The translations under genes were made by a program, and so were the position numbers. Shown here one piece after another: positions 33,901 to 47,699 of a stretch of DNA of 64,000 nt (the first letter of the stretch is position 1; every line of letters starts with the position of its first letter). The notes under the pieces are model-generated. The model was not told the origin of the DNA. It did not search any database and saw only the letters and a list, made by a program, of their open reading frames with translations. This DNA comes from Guillardia theta CCMP2712 (Eukaryota; Protista; Cryptophyta), in NCBI RefSeq assembly GCF_000315625.1, contig NW_005434586.1, forward strand, positions 293,184 to 357,183, in the 5' to 3' direction.

Positions 33901-36672
33901 CCTTGCTGAGGTAGAGAGCTCTAGTGCTCAGACTCCTCCCTCCTCCTAACACTGTACCTTCAGGCCTACAGTGGTGGCAAGCACGGTCTGGATCAGAGCG
34001 ACTCCGCTGCTGTCGAGTGGTACGCGCGAGCGTCCGAGGAGGGGCACGCAAAGGTAACGACAGCTGAGGATCAGCTGAGGTCTAACTCAGCGCAGGCTCA
34101 GTTCAAGCTGGGCCTCTTCTACCTCAAGGGAAGATCTATGCCCAAGGTCAGGTGGGGACGAGCTGGATGCTTCGCTGAGCTGGTGATCAGGATGAATTCA
34201 TGGCGACTGAGTGGTTCATGGAGGCGGCAGAACAAGGGGATCCGGACGCTCAGGTCAAGAACCTTGTTCCTCCTAATGTCTTGATGGATGGACTACTCAC
34301 TCTCCGAGCAGTTCGCTCTTGGACTGTGCTTCTCAAAGGGGAATGGTACTGCCTCCCTCCCTCCCTCCCTCCTCCTCCTCCTCCTCCTCTCCTTTTCCCC
34401 ACTTCATCGTATCCCTCCCCTCTCCCATCCTCTTGTCTCTCCCTCCCTCTGCTTCTCATTCTCTTCTCTCTCCTCTCCCGCTCTGACGTTTCACATCTCC
34501 CTGTAGGAGTTGAGAAGAATCACGAGCTTGCCTCCAAGTTTTACAGCGCAGCAGCACATCAGGTGTGTCCTCTATGCACATGTCCTTTCCACCCTGCTCG
34601 TTCCTCCTCCTTGTCTTTCTCATCCTCCTCCCACCGACCCACCTCTTCGCAGCCCGTTCTTCTCGTCCTATTCATGGACCTCCCTCGCTCATCCTCTCTT
34701 TCTTCTTCCCATTTCCTCTCTTCACTTCCTTGCTCGTCGTGCAGGGCCATGGCAAGGCGCAGCACAACCTTGCTCTTAGATACTTCGACGGGATAGGTCG
34801 CTCCTTCTGCTCCTGCTTGCTCGATGCCTGACGTCACCGCCAGGGGTCGTCAAGGACCCGACCGCAGCCGTCTACTGGTTCTCCCAGGCTGCCCAGCAGG
34901 TGTGTACCGTCCACTGGAACTCCACCTGATGGCACCTGGACAGGGCGTGCTGGGGAAGGTGGCCAAGGTCAAGAAGGGGGTCAGCAAAAATGCGCTCAAG
35001 GAGGAGATGTCGCAGCGGATGATCGACGATCCGAGGGGGTTGAACAGGAAGCCTAAGGCCCAGTGGGTGAAGATGATGAAGCTGTCGGAGTTCCTCAAGA
35101 TCCAGTGGAACCAAAAGCATGCCCTGCCTGTGGTGCAGAAGAAGGTACTTCCTGCTCCAACTACACCCTTCCTCCTCCTCCTCCTCCTCGTCCTCCTCCT
35201 CGTCCTCCTCCTCCTCCTCCTTCATGTTCATCATCTCCTCTTTGTCTTACTCCTCCTCGCACCCTGGCATCTAATCACCATCCTCGCTGCTTTTCCATCG
35301 CTTCGTTGTAACTTTTTCTGCAAGGCCGACAGTCTGGTGATCCGTCAAGAGGGCAAGAGACTTCCCCGATTCGTCTACATTGGTATCTCGCATATGACCC
35401 TCTCGCTCATGCACCTCACTGCCTCCTTCTCCACACCTTTCCTCCTCCTCCTCCTCCTCCTCCTCCTCCTCCTCCTCCTCCTCCTCCTCCTCCTCTTTCT
35501 ACTCCTCCTACTCCTCCCTACCTACCTCCCTCCCTCCCTCCTCTGCCCCCCGTCTTTTTCCTCTCCTCTCCTTCGTTCGGCTTCTCATTCTCCTCACTCC
35601 CTGCTCTCTCCCTCGTTGCTCATCATCTCCTCAGACGATCCGAAACATCCGAAGTTTGGGAAGATGGTGGCGACTCGACCTGAACAGGAGAGGAGGGACC
35701 GCGTCATGTCGTTGCTGCTCGAGAAGCATGAGCTGGACTGGGAGACGATGATGATGGACGCAGAGCTGAACCGCTACAGGCAAGCAGGAGACAGGGGGGG
35801 AGAGGAGAAGAGAAGATAGTGGGGGAGAAAAGAGGAGAGGGGAGAGAGATGATGATGATGAGAACGCTATCGAGGAGGGGAGGGAGGGGGGAGGGGGAGG
35901 AGGCAGCTAACAGCTGAGCACGGTCTCTCAGGTGGACCATCAAGGAACTCAGGAAGAAGGGAGTGAAGCTGATGGAGAGAAGGTGAGAGGGGAGGGAGGC
36001 GGAGACGAGGAGGTCACCAAGGTTGTCGGAGCAGAACCTCCTGCCCCACCGAGTTCCTCCTCCCAAGGGAGCGGAAGAAGGTAGTCCAGTTCAAGACCCT
36101 CCTGGCGGCGCACAATGCTATCATGGTGTGTCCTTGCGACCTCTCAACTTCCGTGTGACTTGACGCTGCAGGGGGAGAAGAAGAAGGCGACGAAGGCCGT
36201 AGAGCGCCTGCTCTCCTCTGAAGGAGCTGAGAATCCTCTGCGACTATCAAACACCTCCAGGCAGGAGCAGCTGGAGAGCAGCAGGGAGATGCTGGAGATC
36301 TTCTTGCGGCAGGGAATGAACGAGAGCGGTCGGACAGAGATGAGGATCGAGGGTCTGCGGGTGGTAATGGGATTCAATCCAGACGACATGGACAGGGTGA
36401 TGGAACCGGGGGAGGAGGAGGAGGCTGCGGTCTCCTACCCACATCTCCTCTCCAACACCTCCTTCTCCTCTTCCTCCACCCAGCTCGTTGAGGTTCAGCC
36501 TCGGGCCCCAAGAAAGTTCGCCATGTGCAAGGAGGAGCTAGGAGACAACGGAGAGCCGAGCGCGCTTGTCCTCGCAGATGGGTCCAAGCTCCCACTGCCC
36601 TCCTTCCTCCGACCAGGCTTCCGCTTTTCCCGGCAGCTCAAGAAGCAGAAGAAGGTGGAGATGAGAATCTAG
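30965..36672 (+). CDS. Large SEL1-like repeat protein with an N-terminal signal peptide (multi-exon)
   Basis: Many SLR units (AQYHLGICYAEGLGVEKSYKRAAGWFSKSARQG, AQFKLGLFYLKG, AQHNLALRYFDG); N-terminus MSRRLLNLVLFAIWAGVTA; Lys/Glu-rich C-terminus ending ..KKVEMRI*. Confidence 0.85.
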
Positions 36673-36676
36673 AGCA

Positions 36677-38189
36677 TCAGCTTGTGTGCGCTTCGAGGAA
36701 AGAGAGGAGGCCGTCAGAAATCTTCTTGTCAGAAGGGACGAGGTGGCCTGTGTTACATCATCAGCACGAGGACAGGGGGACCAGGAGGACCTTTCTCATG
36801 CCGGATGATGACCGAGTCTGTAAAGATACCTGCCGCCTGAGGAGCAGCAGCAGAAGATGCAAGACAGGGAGGAGGAGGAGGAGGAGTTTGGTCAATCATC
36901 AAGTTGGAACGGAGGAAGAAGCACCTCCGTGCTTCGCTGAGGAGAAATGATCTGATCAGTTTCGCCAATCACATGCACAGAGGAAATTTTGCGGACCTGT
37001 AAACCTCTTTCAGTGCCTTGCTCACCCTCTCCCCTCCTCCCTCCTCTCTACTCCTCCCTCCCCTCTCCTCCTCCCTCCCCTCTCCTCCTCCCTCCCCCAT
37101 CACGACCTCCCCTCTTCTCCCTCCCCCATCACGACCTCCTCCTCCAATTCTCCACACCCTTGCTACCTGCGTCTCAAGGCACAGTTTTCTCCATTCTGGA
37201 TCTTTCGGGCAGAAGCCGCTGAACAGCCAGACGAACTGAAACTGCACGGGAGGAGGAAGACTATCCCTCTCTCTGAGCACAGACAGGAGGGCAGCAACGC
37301 AAGCACCCTGGAAACGTAAGGGGGTAAGCAGGAGAAGGACAGGAGGGGCTGATGCCTGGCTGAAGCCCATGACGCCGTCGAAGGGACCTCGAGACGTGAA
37401 GACCTGAATTCCTTGTAAGACAAACTCTAGTGGAGCAGTGAATCAGTTGCAATATGGTTGACTGGTTGAGTGTGATGGAGGAGGGAGGGTGTGAAAGGAG
37501 GAACAAAGCAGTGACATGCAGCACAGAACAGTCCTGAGGAATGGGGGGAGGAGATGAAGCCAGGGAGGAGTGAGATAGACATGGAAACGGGTGAGGACAG
37601 CAGAGCAAGGAGGAGGAAGGGAGGGAGGAGGGAGGGAGGGAGGAGGGAGGGAGGGAGGGAGGGAGGTGTTGGTGGTATGAGGGAGGGAGGGAAATACCTC
37701 GCTGATGTATTGAAGGGATTCGTCGAACCTTGACCACTTCACCTCATCTTCTCCTACCTTCTTTCTGTCAGCCTCACAGCAGAGGCAGCCAGATCAGCTC
37801 GTCTAGTCCTCACCGTGCTGAACTCGTACCAGCTCAGGCCCTCTCCGATGCTCTCATGCTTGCTTGTGAACGGAGGGTCAACAAACTCGAAATGGACGTT
37901 CTTTAGCCGTTTGCGCAAGGATCCCTGCATCAAACATCAGAAGCCTTGTGCTGCTCCCGCTCCTGCTCCCGTTCCCGCAGCTGCACCTGCCCCTGCCCCT
38001 GTTCTGCTCCATTTTCTGCCTCTTCTCGGCCTCGCTCTCAACCTCCAACCTCTCCGCACACCGTCTTTGAACGAAACATCTGCGATGATTGGCCGAATCC
38101 AGGAAGGGCAAGGATTCCTGGAGACCAAAGTCAGCACTCAGAGGCGCTGGCATGGCAAGACACTCGCTTGTGGGTCGAACCGCTGCCAT
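36677..38189 (-). CDS. FSH1/OVCA2-family serine hydrolase (multi-exon)
   Basis: RILALPGFGQSSQMFRSKT|GSLRKRLK..FEFVDPP..SWY; nucleophile GFSQ|GA; HVIGETDQII (Asp); and a GH.VP-type His motif near the end (HLVPSDKK). Confidence 0.85.
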
Positions 38190-38575
38190 GGAACTGACTC
38201 CTTCTCCTGCGGTGGCCGCAGCTCCTGCTCCTGCTGTCGGTGGGAGCATCAGTTTTGGTCCCCTAAAGCATCTCAGCCTTCTAATTGTTCTGCTCCCTCG
38301 CCTCCTTGAAATCCGAAGTGATTTGGGTTGTTCAAGTCTGATGTAGCTCCGCACCTGTTGTGACTGGTCTAGACTTGTGTAACTACATCGAACAGTGGTC
38401 TCATATCCTTACATTCTCACATGCGGTTCATATCACATGCCAGCAAGTTGCCTAGCCTCCTTGACTGCTTCACTACTGTAGGAAAGACAAAGCACTTCAA
38501 TCCCCTTGGTGTGTGATGATGTTTCTATCCTCACGAGAGTTGCAGCACATTCAATCCAATGAGTCCATAGGTGTC

Positions 38576-38770
38576 ACTATCAGCAAGGAGGGGTTATATC
38601 CGCTAGTAGAAGGGGTTCTACGCGCAGGGAGAGGTTCTATCAGCTAGTGGGAAAGGTTCTATAAGCTAGTGGAAGGGGTTGTACAGCTCGTGGAAGGGGT
38701 TCTATAAGCTCGTGGAAGGGGTTCTATAAGCTAGTGGAAGGGGTTGTAAAAGCTAGTATGAGGGGTCCTC
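38576..38770. repeat. Degenerate ~22-bp minisatellite (agctagtggaaggggttctata), about 8-9 copies
   Basis: Direct reading; the central copies are most alike and the edges have diverged. Confidence 0.85.
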
Positions 38771-39199
38771 ACGCGGGGGAGCATGCGGAAGAGCGGCGGA
38801 CAGCAGCAGTGCGCTGAGCAGCATGGCGGCCAATTAGGATCAAGCTCGCCTCAGTCCTGAGCGTAAACTGATTTTACTTTGAGTAATAATAAAAGCGTTA
38901 TTTTTTAGTCTCCCCTAAAGGAAACTGTGACCCGGGACCGGGCCCAACCGGCGGGCCCGACATCCGGGACCACGTGACCGGCTGAGCAGCCCGGCGGGAC
39001 TCGGACCCGGCCAGGTTCCCGGCAGGGTTCCCGGCGTGAGAGCCCGACAAGGGTGTCTGTAGGGGGATGTGGATGAAGCTACGTCAGCCAAGTAAAATGG
39101 AGGAAAAGGACTTTTTGCTGACGGGTTGCTGATGAAACGTTGGGGTTTCAGCTTGAGATCTGTGACGGTCCTCCCCAAACAGAATCAAACCCGTCGAGC

Positions 39200-40330
39200 G
39201 CTTTGACTCGGACTCCACCCCCACCTTAGGATGAGTACCCATATATGATCATTGGTCGGACTACCCCACCATACTGTTTGACTTCCAGGGAAGGATCTTA
39301 AATGCAGAACTTGTTGATTTGTTCGATTGCTTGTCTATGTAAAACAAGGAATCCTGCGACCTTTCTGACTTGTACCCCACCCCATATTTAGCTTTTGATA
39401 CCCTACCCTAATTAAGTACCCTTTTCCTCGGCTTTATAAGGCGAATGACGATGGCAGTTTGCTATATTTAGGAAACCCTTAACACCTTTTGCATATAGTG
39501 CCCGGCCCGCCCCACGTCTTTTGTACCAGAGATTCAGTCTCGTACCAAACTAGTGCTGAAAGGTCGTGATCTCCACTGCCAGCTGTAGGGACACGATCCG
39601 TCGATTGCTGTCGGAGGACATCAGTTAAGTCGATTCGACTGCGAAAAGACACTTGTTTGATCTATGACGACGTCATATATCTGGAAGTGGACGAAACCCT
39701 CTATTTTCGTCTCCCAAGTCAATCTTTACCACCATAAATTCCTGACAGGAATAGGAAAGACTGTTGTAAAGGACCTCATGATCATTTCTCAGAAATGGCG
39801 TGCTTTAGATATGTTTTATTCGATAAGTTCTCGCCAACTGAAGATGAGCCAATTTAAAGATCCGCCCTTCCACCCTTCCGACAACCCCTACCCCTTAAAA
39901 AATAACCCTACCTCCAAACGTACCGTCGTAATGTTTACCACCCCTCACCTTGACTCTTCATTATCAACACTCTCAATCTGTTTGACGGTCACTGATGACC
40001 CCCACCCCACTCAACCGAAACATAACCCACCATACACATTCAGCACCCCCCTAGTTGACGGACACATTTATGAGATACGTCACAACATCTCCTTCTATGC
40101 CCGTCTACCGGTAGTACCCTACCCCTCCTGACATCCATTACCCTCTTGAGTACCCACCCCCTCTATATTTCATCTCCCTAACGTACTGGACCACTCCTGT
40201 CCCACCTTCTAGAAACAGAATTGGGTCAAATTACAGTACCCCCTGTAAAAACAGATGGAAAGGAGGGTGGGTGTATGGATGACCCATGGGTGGGGGTGGG
40301 TGCTCGAGGCCCTTCAACCAAGGGGCTCAT
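39200..40330. other. (T)ACCCC-rich tract (type B), preceded by a short type A island at 38930-39050
   Basis: tacccc/accccc words, GpC-poor by eye. Confidence 0.65.
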
Positions 40331-40583
40331 CCTTTCCCTTTCCGGGTTTAAAAGTCGTTGCCGTCCCTCCCTCCTGCAACTTCCCGCCTCCCGCAGTCAA
40401 CCCTTCTGCTGCGCTCCCCCGTCGTTCATCTGACTCTTTGTTCTCGCTTCTTCCTGCTCGCTCGCAAGCTTTTCCTGCAAAAACTCTCTCTATCTCCCTC
40501 TCTCCCTCCCTGCCAGAACAACAACTGCACCTTGCCGAGCCTCTCGCATCCTCGATTTCTGATCGATTTATCCCGCAACCAAC

Positions 40584-41054
40584 ATGTCCGACCCTGTCAA
40601 TACGAAACGTCAAAGAGATGAGCTGATCTCCTGGAGACCGGAAATGGGCTTGAATGAAGAGGAAGACCGCTCCAAGAAGATGAAGCTCTCCGCTTTCACC
40701 AGGACTTCCATACTTTTTCGCCAGTTGCGCAGTGAGGTGTTGCAATCTATCCATGAAATTCAGCGTCGAGACCAGGTGGAAAGGCAACATTCATTGGAGA
40801 TTGCTGAAAGAAATCCGCTTACTTTCCCTGGAAGTGAGAGCAACAGTCCAGCACATCCTGGAACACCCGAGCATGAATCCAACGATGTCGCCTCTAACTG
40901 CAAGCTCACTCCTGCTCTCCAGCCAAGGCCTGTACAGACCCCCAACACTGTTCTCAAGAATTGTGTGGATAAATGCATGAAGAACAGCGATTCCTGTGCC
41001 AGTATGGTGAAGAACAGCACTCCCATCCATGATATCCCTGAGATAACTATATAA
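40584..41054 (+). CDS. Hypothetical small intronless protein
   Basis: 156-aa ORF following a pyrimidine-rich leader; no domain recognised. Confidence 0.45.
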   Translation: MSDPVNTKRQRDELISWRPEMGLNEEEDRSKKMKLSAFTRTSILFRQLRSEVLQSIHEIQRRDQVERQHSLEIAERNPLTFPGSESNSPAHPGTPEHESNDVASNCKLTPALQPRPVQTPNTVLKNCVDKCMKNSDSCASMVKNSTPIHDIPEITI

Positions 41055-41088
41055 TTCGCACGTGTGTGTAATAAAAATCATCAAGATA

Positions 41089-43083
41089 TCAGAAGAACTT
41101 CCTATGCATCCCATCCGAGTTGTCTTGCATTCCTTCTGCAGTCCCAGCGAGAGCTTGGTTGGCTGCTTCGAGGTCTTTTAGTTGTACCTGATAGCGGTTG
41201 AGCTCGAGCACCAGCTCGTTGTCTGAAAGACACGTCAACACATGTTCAAGTCAGAAGTGCTCGGCCTTACATCTTGATTGAATGTCGAGGAGATTCTCGG
41301 ATCCTGGGCCACTCACAACGTTTGATATTCTGTTCCTCCTCGCCAACAGTTGTTTCTTGAGTTCCTGCGCTAGATCAACCAGGTGCGCAGAGGCCATCCG
41401 ATTTACCTCATTCTCGTGTAGAACTTTTTTGACTTTGGTGAGGTTATGCTTGATGATCTCTTCTTCTCGAGTCGCCTGTCAATTGACACGCTATCAGTCA
41501 ACTGCGACGATCTATCCATCAAATGCACATGGAAGATCTGCCGCACGAGCTTCACGCAATCGTTGTAGCAGGCCTCCGGGCTTGTCGCATCGCCCCTGGC
41601 TTCATCCCAGTGTCGTTGGAATTTCCTCAGCTTATCATTATCTGGCACATAGTGAGAAACCGCCATCATCTTCAACATCTGGAGCACAGAGTTTGATGAG
41701 ATCCTCCTCTTTCTGTACTGCATCTTGAAGCTTCAACTCGTCATCGTAGAGCTTCTCCAGCCTGGTCACCGCATATCCATTGCAACAATCAGACAAATGG
41801 CAAGCAGAGAGCAGCTGCAGGAGACCTTGTGATCAAGGCATCAAAGGATTCTTGCGACTGAAAATTCTGCGTCAGGATTCGCACGCAGTCCCGAGAGGAC
41901 TTGGTGCACTGTAGCGTGAGCCTCATCGTTTCTTCGGCAGCCTGCAGCTCCTGCACAATAGGATTAGGACGAGGTCTCATTTGTACTGGAATTCTTGTTC
42001 CCACTTGATATTTGACATCCAGGATTTCTTCAACTTTCTTTGTGGCCGCCACTTTGTCCAATTCTACATGTTGATTGCCCCTTTTATCCGTCTCAGCTGC
42101 TTCAAGTCTGAAGTCGAGGTTGAGTGCTTCATCTGATGTTTGAAACCACGTCAACAAGGTAGAAGAGAATGTTCGGACGTGTACATACCAAGAAGAAACG
42201 AAACGTTGGTCACATCCTGCATATGAAAGCATTCTCGTCAGAGAGAGAAAGTTCTTAAGAATCCCCGATACCATTTGCCGGTCAATAGATATCTGACTAT
42301 CCGGAGAGTTGAAGGCACCCAGAATGGGGCTCTCCAGGAAATTATCTTCTTCCGAGTGGCTAGACTTCTTTGGAGTCGTCCACATTCTTTGGCAGAGGTT
42401 GGACCGAGTCTTTACAGCTCACGAGAATTCATCTCAGCAGCGAGTCTTCGAGCGCTCGTGTCCGCTCCAAGAACCCGGATCCGTTGCGGAATGTCCTGCC
42501 GAACAAGGTCTGTCATCATTCAAAGGTTGGACATTCGTACAGATGTGGCAAGAAGCCACAATCAGCTTGCGCTTGTGAATGACCTCTATGATACCATGAA
42601 GGATCATTGCGTTCAGCAAAACAAAATAATGTGCATCATGCATCTGCTGCTGCTATGAAGTGTTACCCTACCACATGCCAAACTTCTCTTGCAGTGGATC
42701 GCAATCAACCATTTAACAGTATTGTTCCTTCACTTGATACGAACACTATGTTGGATGCTCGAAATAGCTGTTTGCTTCAAATTGACCCCTCCCTATCAAG
42801 CTCAGCTCTCACTTTCTTTTTGATCCTCCCCCATCCCTTCCTACCTGACTCTGTGAAAATTCTGCAGGTCCTCCCTTCCTCCGGAGGCTAGCCTTCCTGC
42901 CTGACCTGCTGTAGCTTGCACTGACATTCCTCATCTTGTCCTCATAATTTTATGCCACTTAGTATCCCTCAAGCGGATGTTCCTTGACTCGAAAGACAAA
43001 TCGGATGTTACGGGGGCCTCATGGTGACTGAGTGCGGCACAGACTACTAGGATAGTTACTGCCAGTGTTACAGTGGTTGTCAT
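41089..43083 (-). CDS. Multi-exon hypothetical coiled-coil protein (start uncertain)
   Basis: Exons such as VEEILDVKYQVGTRIPVQMRPRPNPIVQELQAAEETMRLTLQ and DNELVLELNRYQVQLKDLEAANQAL..FF* joined by short GT-AG introns. Confidence 0.5.
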
Positions 43084-43099
43084 AATGATGATGCCACTG

Positions 43100-43980
43100 A
43101 GTTTGCCAGTGCTGTCACAGACGCGTAGCCGCATACGAGTCTCTCTGACAAGGTTCTGTCACTAGTCCGGTCACGTAGCGGCTCAGCCTCGCCGCGGCGA
43201 CGGTCGTCAAGCCCGCCGCTGCCATGGCGCGGCCCGGCAGGGGGCCCATCATCATGGCACTGATGCTGAGCCTGGCAACTTTCAACTTTCACTTCGCGTC
43301 GGAAGACGGTAGGCCCGACCGTCCGCCGCCGCCGGGACCGTGACGGTGCACTGGCCGGTGACTGCCCCGGCCCGGGCCCGCGCGGCCGCCGTCACACCGT
43401 TACGGTCGGCGGCACCCGCACGGTCCGGGCCCCGCCCGGGCCCGGGGGGTGACGGCCCGCGCGGCGCCCGGGGGCCCGGGCCCGGCCGGCGGCGGCGGCG
43501 CACTGGTCGGCGAGTCCGACCGGTGAGCCTACTTGCGCCCCGGGCCGGGCCGGGCGGCCGCGGCCGAACTACGGTTAGTAAGTTCCGAAACGGATCGGAC
43601 TCCCGGGGGGAAGGCTGCTCAGGGGGCCCCCGCGACTCAGCCTACTAACGCCGGGTAGAGTAGACAATGATTTGGCCCCGGGCCGGGCCCGTCACTCGCT
43701 CAGCCTGGTCCGGAGTGGCCGCGGCGGGCCGGGCCGACTCACCGTGGCACACTGCAACTTTTTGGTCGGCGGTACACAGGCTGACAGGGCCGGGCTCAGT
43801 GACTCCGGCGCCGAGTGACTCAGCCGCGGCCTCGCCCGGCTCCGAGCTCAGCGGCTGCCCCTCTCACTGCCAGTACTGAGTCACAGAGTCGGAGCCCGGC
43901 TCGGAGGGCAGGCGGGCCCGGGCTGCCGCCTGAAAGAACCGGCTGCGTTAACTAAATAATTAGTCAACTGACGCGGCATG
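43100..43980. other. GC-rich palindrome island (type A) between divergent genes
   Basis: TGACTCAG at 43816, CTGAGTCA at 43876, many GGCCCGGG. Confidence 0.75.
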
Positions 43981-44687
43981 TTGCCACACAATCCAATGCA
44001 GGGGCTTGCAGCAAGGGAGGAGGGAGGAGAGAGGAGGGAGGAGGGAGAATGGGGCATTGTGATGAGACCCGGTTTCATAATTACGGAATCAAGATGTGCG
44101 GACGTATGTCGTGCTTGTTGAATGAGTGAGCTGTTGAACTGCATGGATGCTAGAAACAGAGATAGCGAGTCAGAGGCAACGGGGTGTAGAGTAGAAGCCG
44201 GTTGGAAGAGGACAGGAAGTTCGATGAAGAGGCATTCAGAGCGATGGTATAAGTTTCTTGGACATGTAGTCCATCCATGTCCCCTGAGACACTCTGCATG
44301 AAGAGGTCAGGGACGATTATGTGCGTGTTGCAGGGATGTTGGAATCAGAATACTTTCGTCTTTGCATTGATGAGTCCAACCGAGCTCCCTGATGATCCCT
44401 GGAATCTGATGGAGTCCTTTGCTCCTGGATGTATCTCCCATGTAACCCCACTGATCTTTTGTCAGGTGTGATTTCTCCCTCCATACCCACCGGCCCCCTC
44501 GCATCCCTCTCAAGAGTCAATCACGCTGTCTCCCTGGGTCCTGGCGCTCCGCTGCATCTTGTTGGCAGCTGGTTTGCAGAGTTCTAGTTGCTCTCGCCCC
44601 GGCCTCTCCTTCCTGAACTGCATCCCCATCCTCAAGGAAGGCCTGAAACTTCGACGCCCCCCGCAGTCGTGGCGGAACGTTTCCATC

Positions 44688-47149
44688 ATGTCGCACAAGC
44701 AGTCAAGATACATTCCTGTTCCCGTCGAGAGCTCCATCACCTATGAAGACATCGCCATCTTTCCTAGGCCGGGCTGCTCTGCTCCTGACTCCATCGCCTT
44801 CTCTCCTGATGACTCAGTGGTAACGTACCTGGCAAGCTCTGATGGATCGCTCAACCGTCAACTCTATGCTATGGACATTGCAACGGGACAAGTCCGTGAG
44901 CTGTGCAAACCTCCTTCAGGTACTGGTGAGGAAGAATCCTTCAGCCTTGAAGAGAAGCTGAGGCGAGAACGGGCTCGCCAGCTGCACACAGGCATAACTT
45001 CATATGCATGGGCTGAAGGGGCAGAAGGAGCGGGGAAGATTCTCGTTCCCATTGGCAATGAGCTGTTTGTTCAGGATGGGTTGAATGGAGAATTGAAACG
45101 ATTGTTTGATCCACTTATGTTGTTGAACGGGGAGCACAGTCTGTCAGACAAAGATGCCAACATTCCTCCGATTCTAGATGCAAGAATCAGCAGCGATGGG
45201 AAAGTTGTAGGGTTTGTGTGGGACAGAGAACTCTACATCGTATCTACAGACTGCAAATCGAAGCCCGTGCAGCTCACGTCGGGCGCGAGAGGAACTGAGT
45301 ACACCAACGGGCTTGCAGACTACATCGCTCAGGAGGAGATGGATCGCTACGAGGGGTACTGGATCTCCAAGGACAGCACTAAAGTCGCCTTCCAACAGGT
45401 GGATGAGAGCCATATCCCCAAGTATCGCATCATGCACCAGGGTAGTGACAAGGTCGGGGAGGCTGCACAGGAAGATCATCATTATCCCTTTGCTGGTGCG
45501 AGCAACCCGCGGGTGAGGTTTGGGGTCGTCAACAGCGATGGGAGCAGTTTGCAGTGGTACGACCTCACGGCAAGGTTCGGAGAAGACATCTACCTTGCCC
45601 GTGTGAAGTGGCTTCCTGATAACACTGCTATCATACAAATACAAAACCGAGATCAAACAGAGCTGGAGCTTGTGAGGATTTTCCCTGACAGCAAGGAGAT
45701 GAAGACTGTGTTCGTGGAGAAGTCTGAATTCTGGATCAACCTGCACAACATGTTGACTCCGCTGAGGGGTAGCGACAAGTTTATTTGGGCGTCAGAACGG
45801 AGCGGCTTTCAACACTTGTTCCTCTATGACTATGACGGGAACATGTTAAGACAGCTGACGGACGGCGATTGGATGGTGGAGGATATCAAGGCTGTAGATG
45901 AAGTTCGAGGACTGGTGCTTTCTTTCTCCTGTCTTCATACCAGTGGGATGACCTGTGGCTGTTAGGTTTACTTCACTGGGACCAAGAGTGGATGGAAAGA
46001 TCGCCACCTCTACTCTGTCTCCCTCCAGGGCGGCGATGTGGTGAAGATAACTCAGGACGGCGGAATGCACAATGTCATCGTGGATCACAGCAAGCAACTG
46101 TTCGTGGACCAGTACAGCACGTGCACCTTCCCATTCCGAGGTATTTCTTGCTGTGACTTCCCGCCCCTTCCTGTCTCCCTGCCCCTTCTTATCCCCGTAA
46201 TTCGCCATTTCCATCTCCCCTGCTGTCATGAAACATTGCTCACCTCCTCCATGTTCTGCCCTCGACTCACCTGTTTCGTGCAGTCAATGTTTGCAGCCTG
46301 AAGGATGGAACCGTTGTTCGATCCATCTTCGTGAACAAGGACCCGAGGCTCGATCGCCTCTCCCTCGTCACTCCTACCTTCGTTGAATTCCCTTCCTCCG
46401 ACGATAAAGTCACCCTGCAAGCCGCGTACCTCCGGCCCGACCAAGACAAGTTCGGTCCTGGTCCTTATCCTACCGTGGTGGCCGTCTACGGGGGCCCGCA
46501 TGTGCAGACGGTGAGCAACAGCTGGACCGTCACAGCAGACCTGCGCTCGCAGTTTCTCTGCTCCCAAGGCTACCTGGTCATCAAGGTGGACAACAGGGGA
46601 AGCAGCAGGAGGGGGCTGCACTTCGAGTCGCAGGTCAAGTGGAACATGGGGTACTTGGAGGTAGAGGACCAGAAGGCGGGGGTGAACTTCTTCGTCGAAC
46701 GGGGGCTGGCAGACAAGCATCGCGTCGCCATCTACGGATGGAGCTACGGAGGATACATGTCCGCCATGGCGCTCGCTAGGGCCCCGGAGACCTTCCATGT
46801 TGGCATCGCCGGGGCTCCAGTGACGCACTGGGATGGGTACGACACGCATTACACCGAGCGCTACATGGGGAGGCCGCAAGACAACCCCGAGGGCTACGCG
46901 CAGAGCAGCGTCATGACGCACGTTGATCAGATCGAAGGCTCCCTCCTCCTTGTCCACGGGCTCATCGACGAGAACGTTCATTTCCGTCACACAGCCAGGC
47001 TGATCAACGCCCTGATCCGGGCTCAGAAGCACTACGAGCTGCTCCTCTTCCCTGACGAGCGTCACAGCCCAAGGAGCCTCAAGGACCGAGTCTTCATGGA
47101 GCAGCGCATCCACAGCTTCATCCAGAGGACCCTCGGCCCCGCCCGCTAA
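44688..47149 (+). CDS. Dipeptidyl peptidase IV family (S9B; DPP4/8/9-like)
   Basis: DPPIV_N propeller with YIAQEEMDR (EE motif) and YPFAG; catalytic [15 protein letters not shown] and ERH. Introns at about 45915-45965 and 46120-46297; a further N-terminal extension is possible. Confidence 0.95.
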
Positions 47150-47699
47150 GGCCCGTTGGGCGGCCAGGCACTGCATGCCTTGCGAGACGCTGAGCAGAGG
47201 CGCCAAGTGACGCGGCGACTCCCTCGGTCACTTGACCGTAGAGTGCGACTCGGAGTTTGCTGGCTGCCGGCGCCTGGCAAGCAGTCAGTGGACTCTGCTG
47301 CGAACGACGTCATGCTCAGGCTATGGAGTCATAGCGGGCTCGGAGAGATTCGTGAGTCCAAGGCCAATCAACAACGGGGTGAAGCTCAGCTAGGAGATGA
47401 GCTGGATGGTCTGCCGAGCAGCCTGGGCGCCTATCGCAGGTGCCGCCCATCATGGCTAAATTTCAGCTCCCCTCTCCCGGGAGTCCGAGGGCACCTGAAG
47501 TTGTCTCAGCCTGTCTGGCTAGCATGGAGGCTGCACGGTGACTCACCAGGATGTCACAGTAGCACTGACAGGCTGCAGATCGGACCGGGTCGCTGGAAGT
47601 TCGTGACTGCACTGTGTCACATGTGTGACAGACGAATCGACCGGTTGGAGTCCGTGACTAGAGGGTCCGGGGGCAGAGCATCGCCGGGCTGCAGGGCAG

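Noticed and set aside
38576-38770. Minisatellite as a CRISPR array or telomeric repeat
   Set aside because: It is a degenerate contiguous ~22-mer with no spacers and is not a short telomeric unit.
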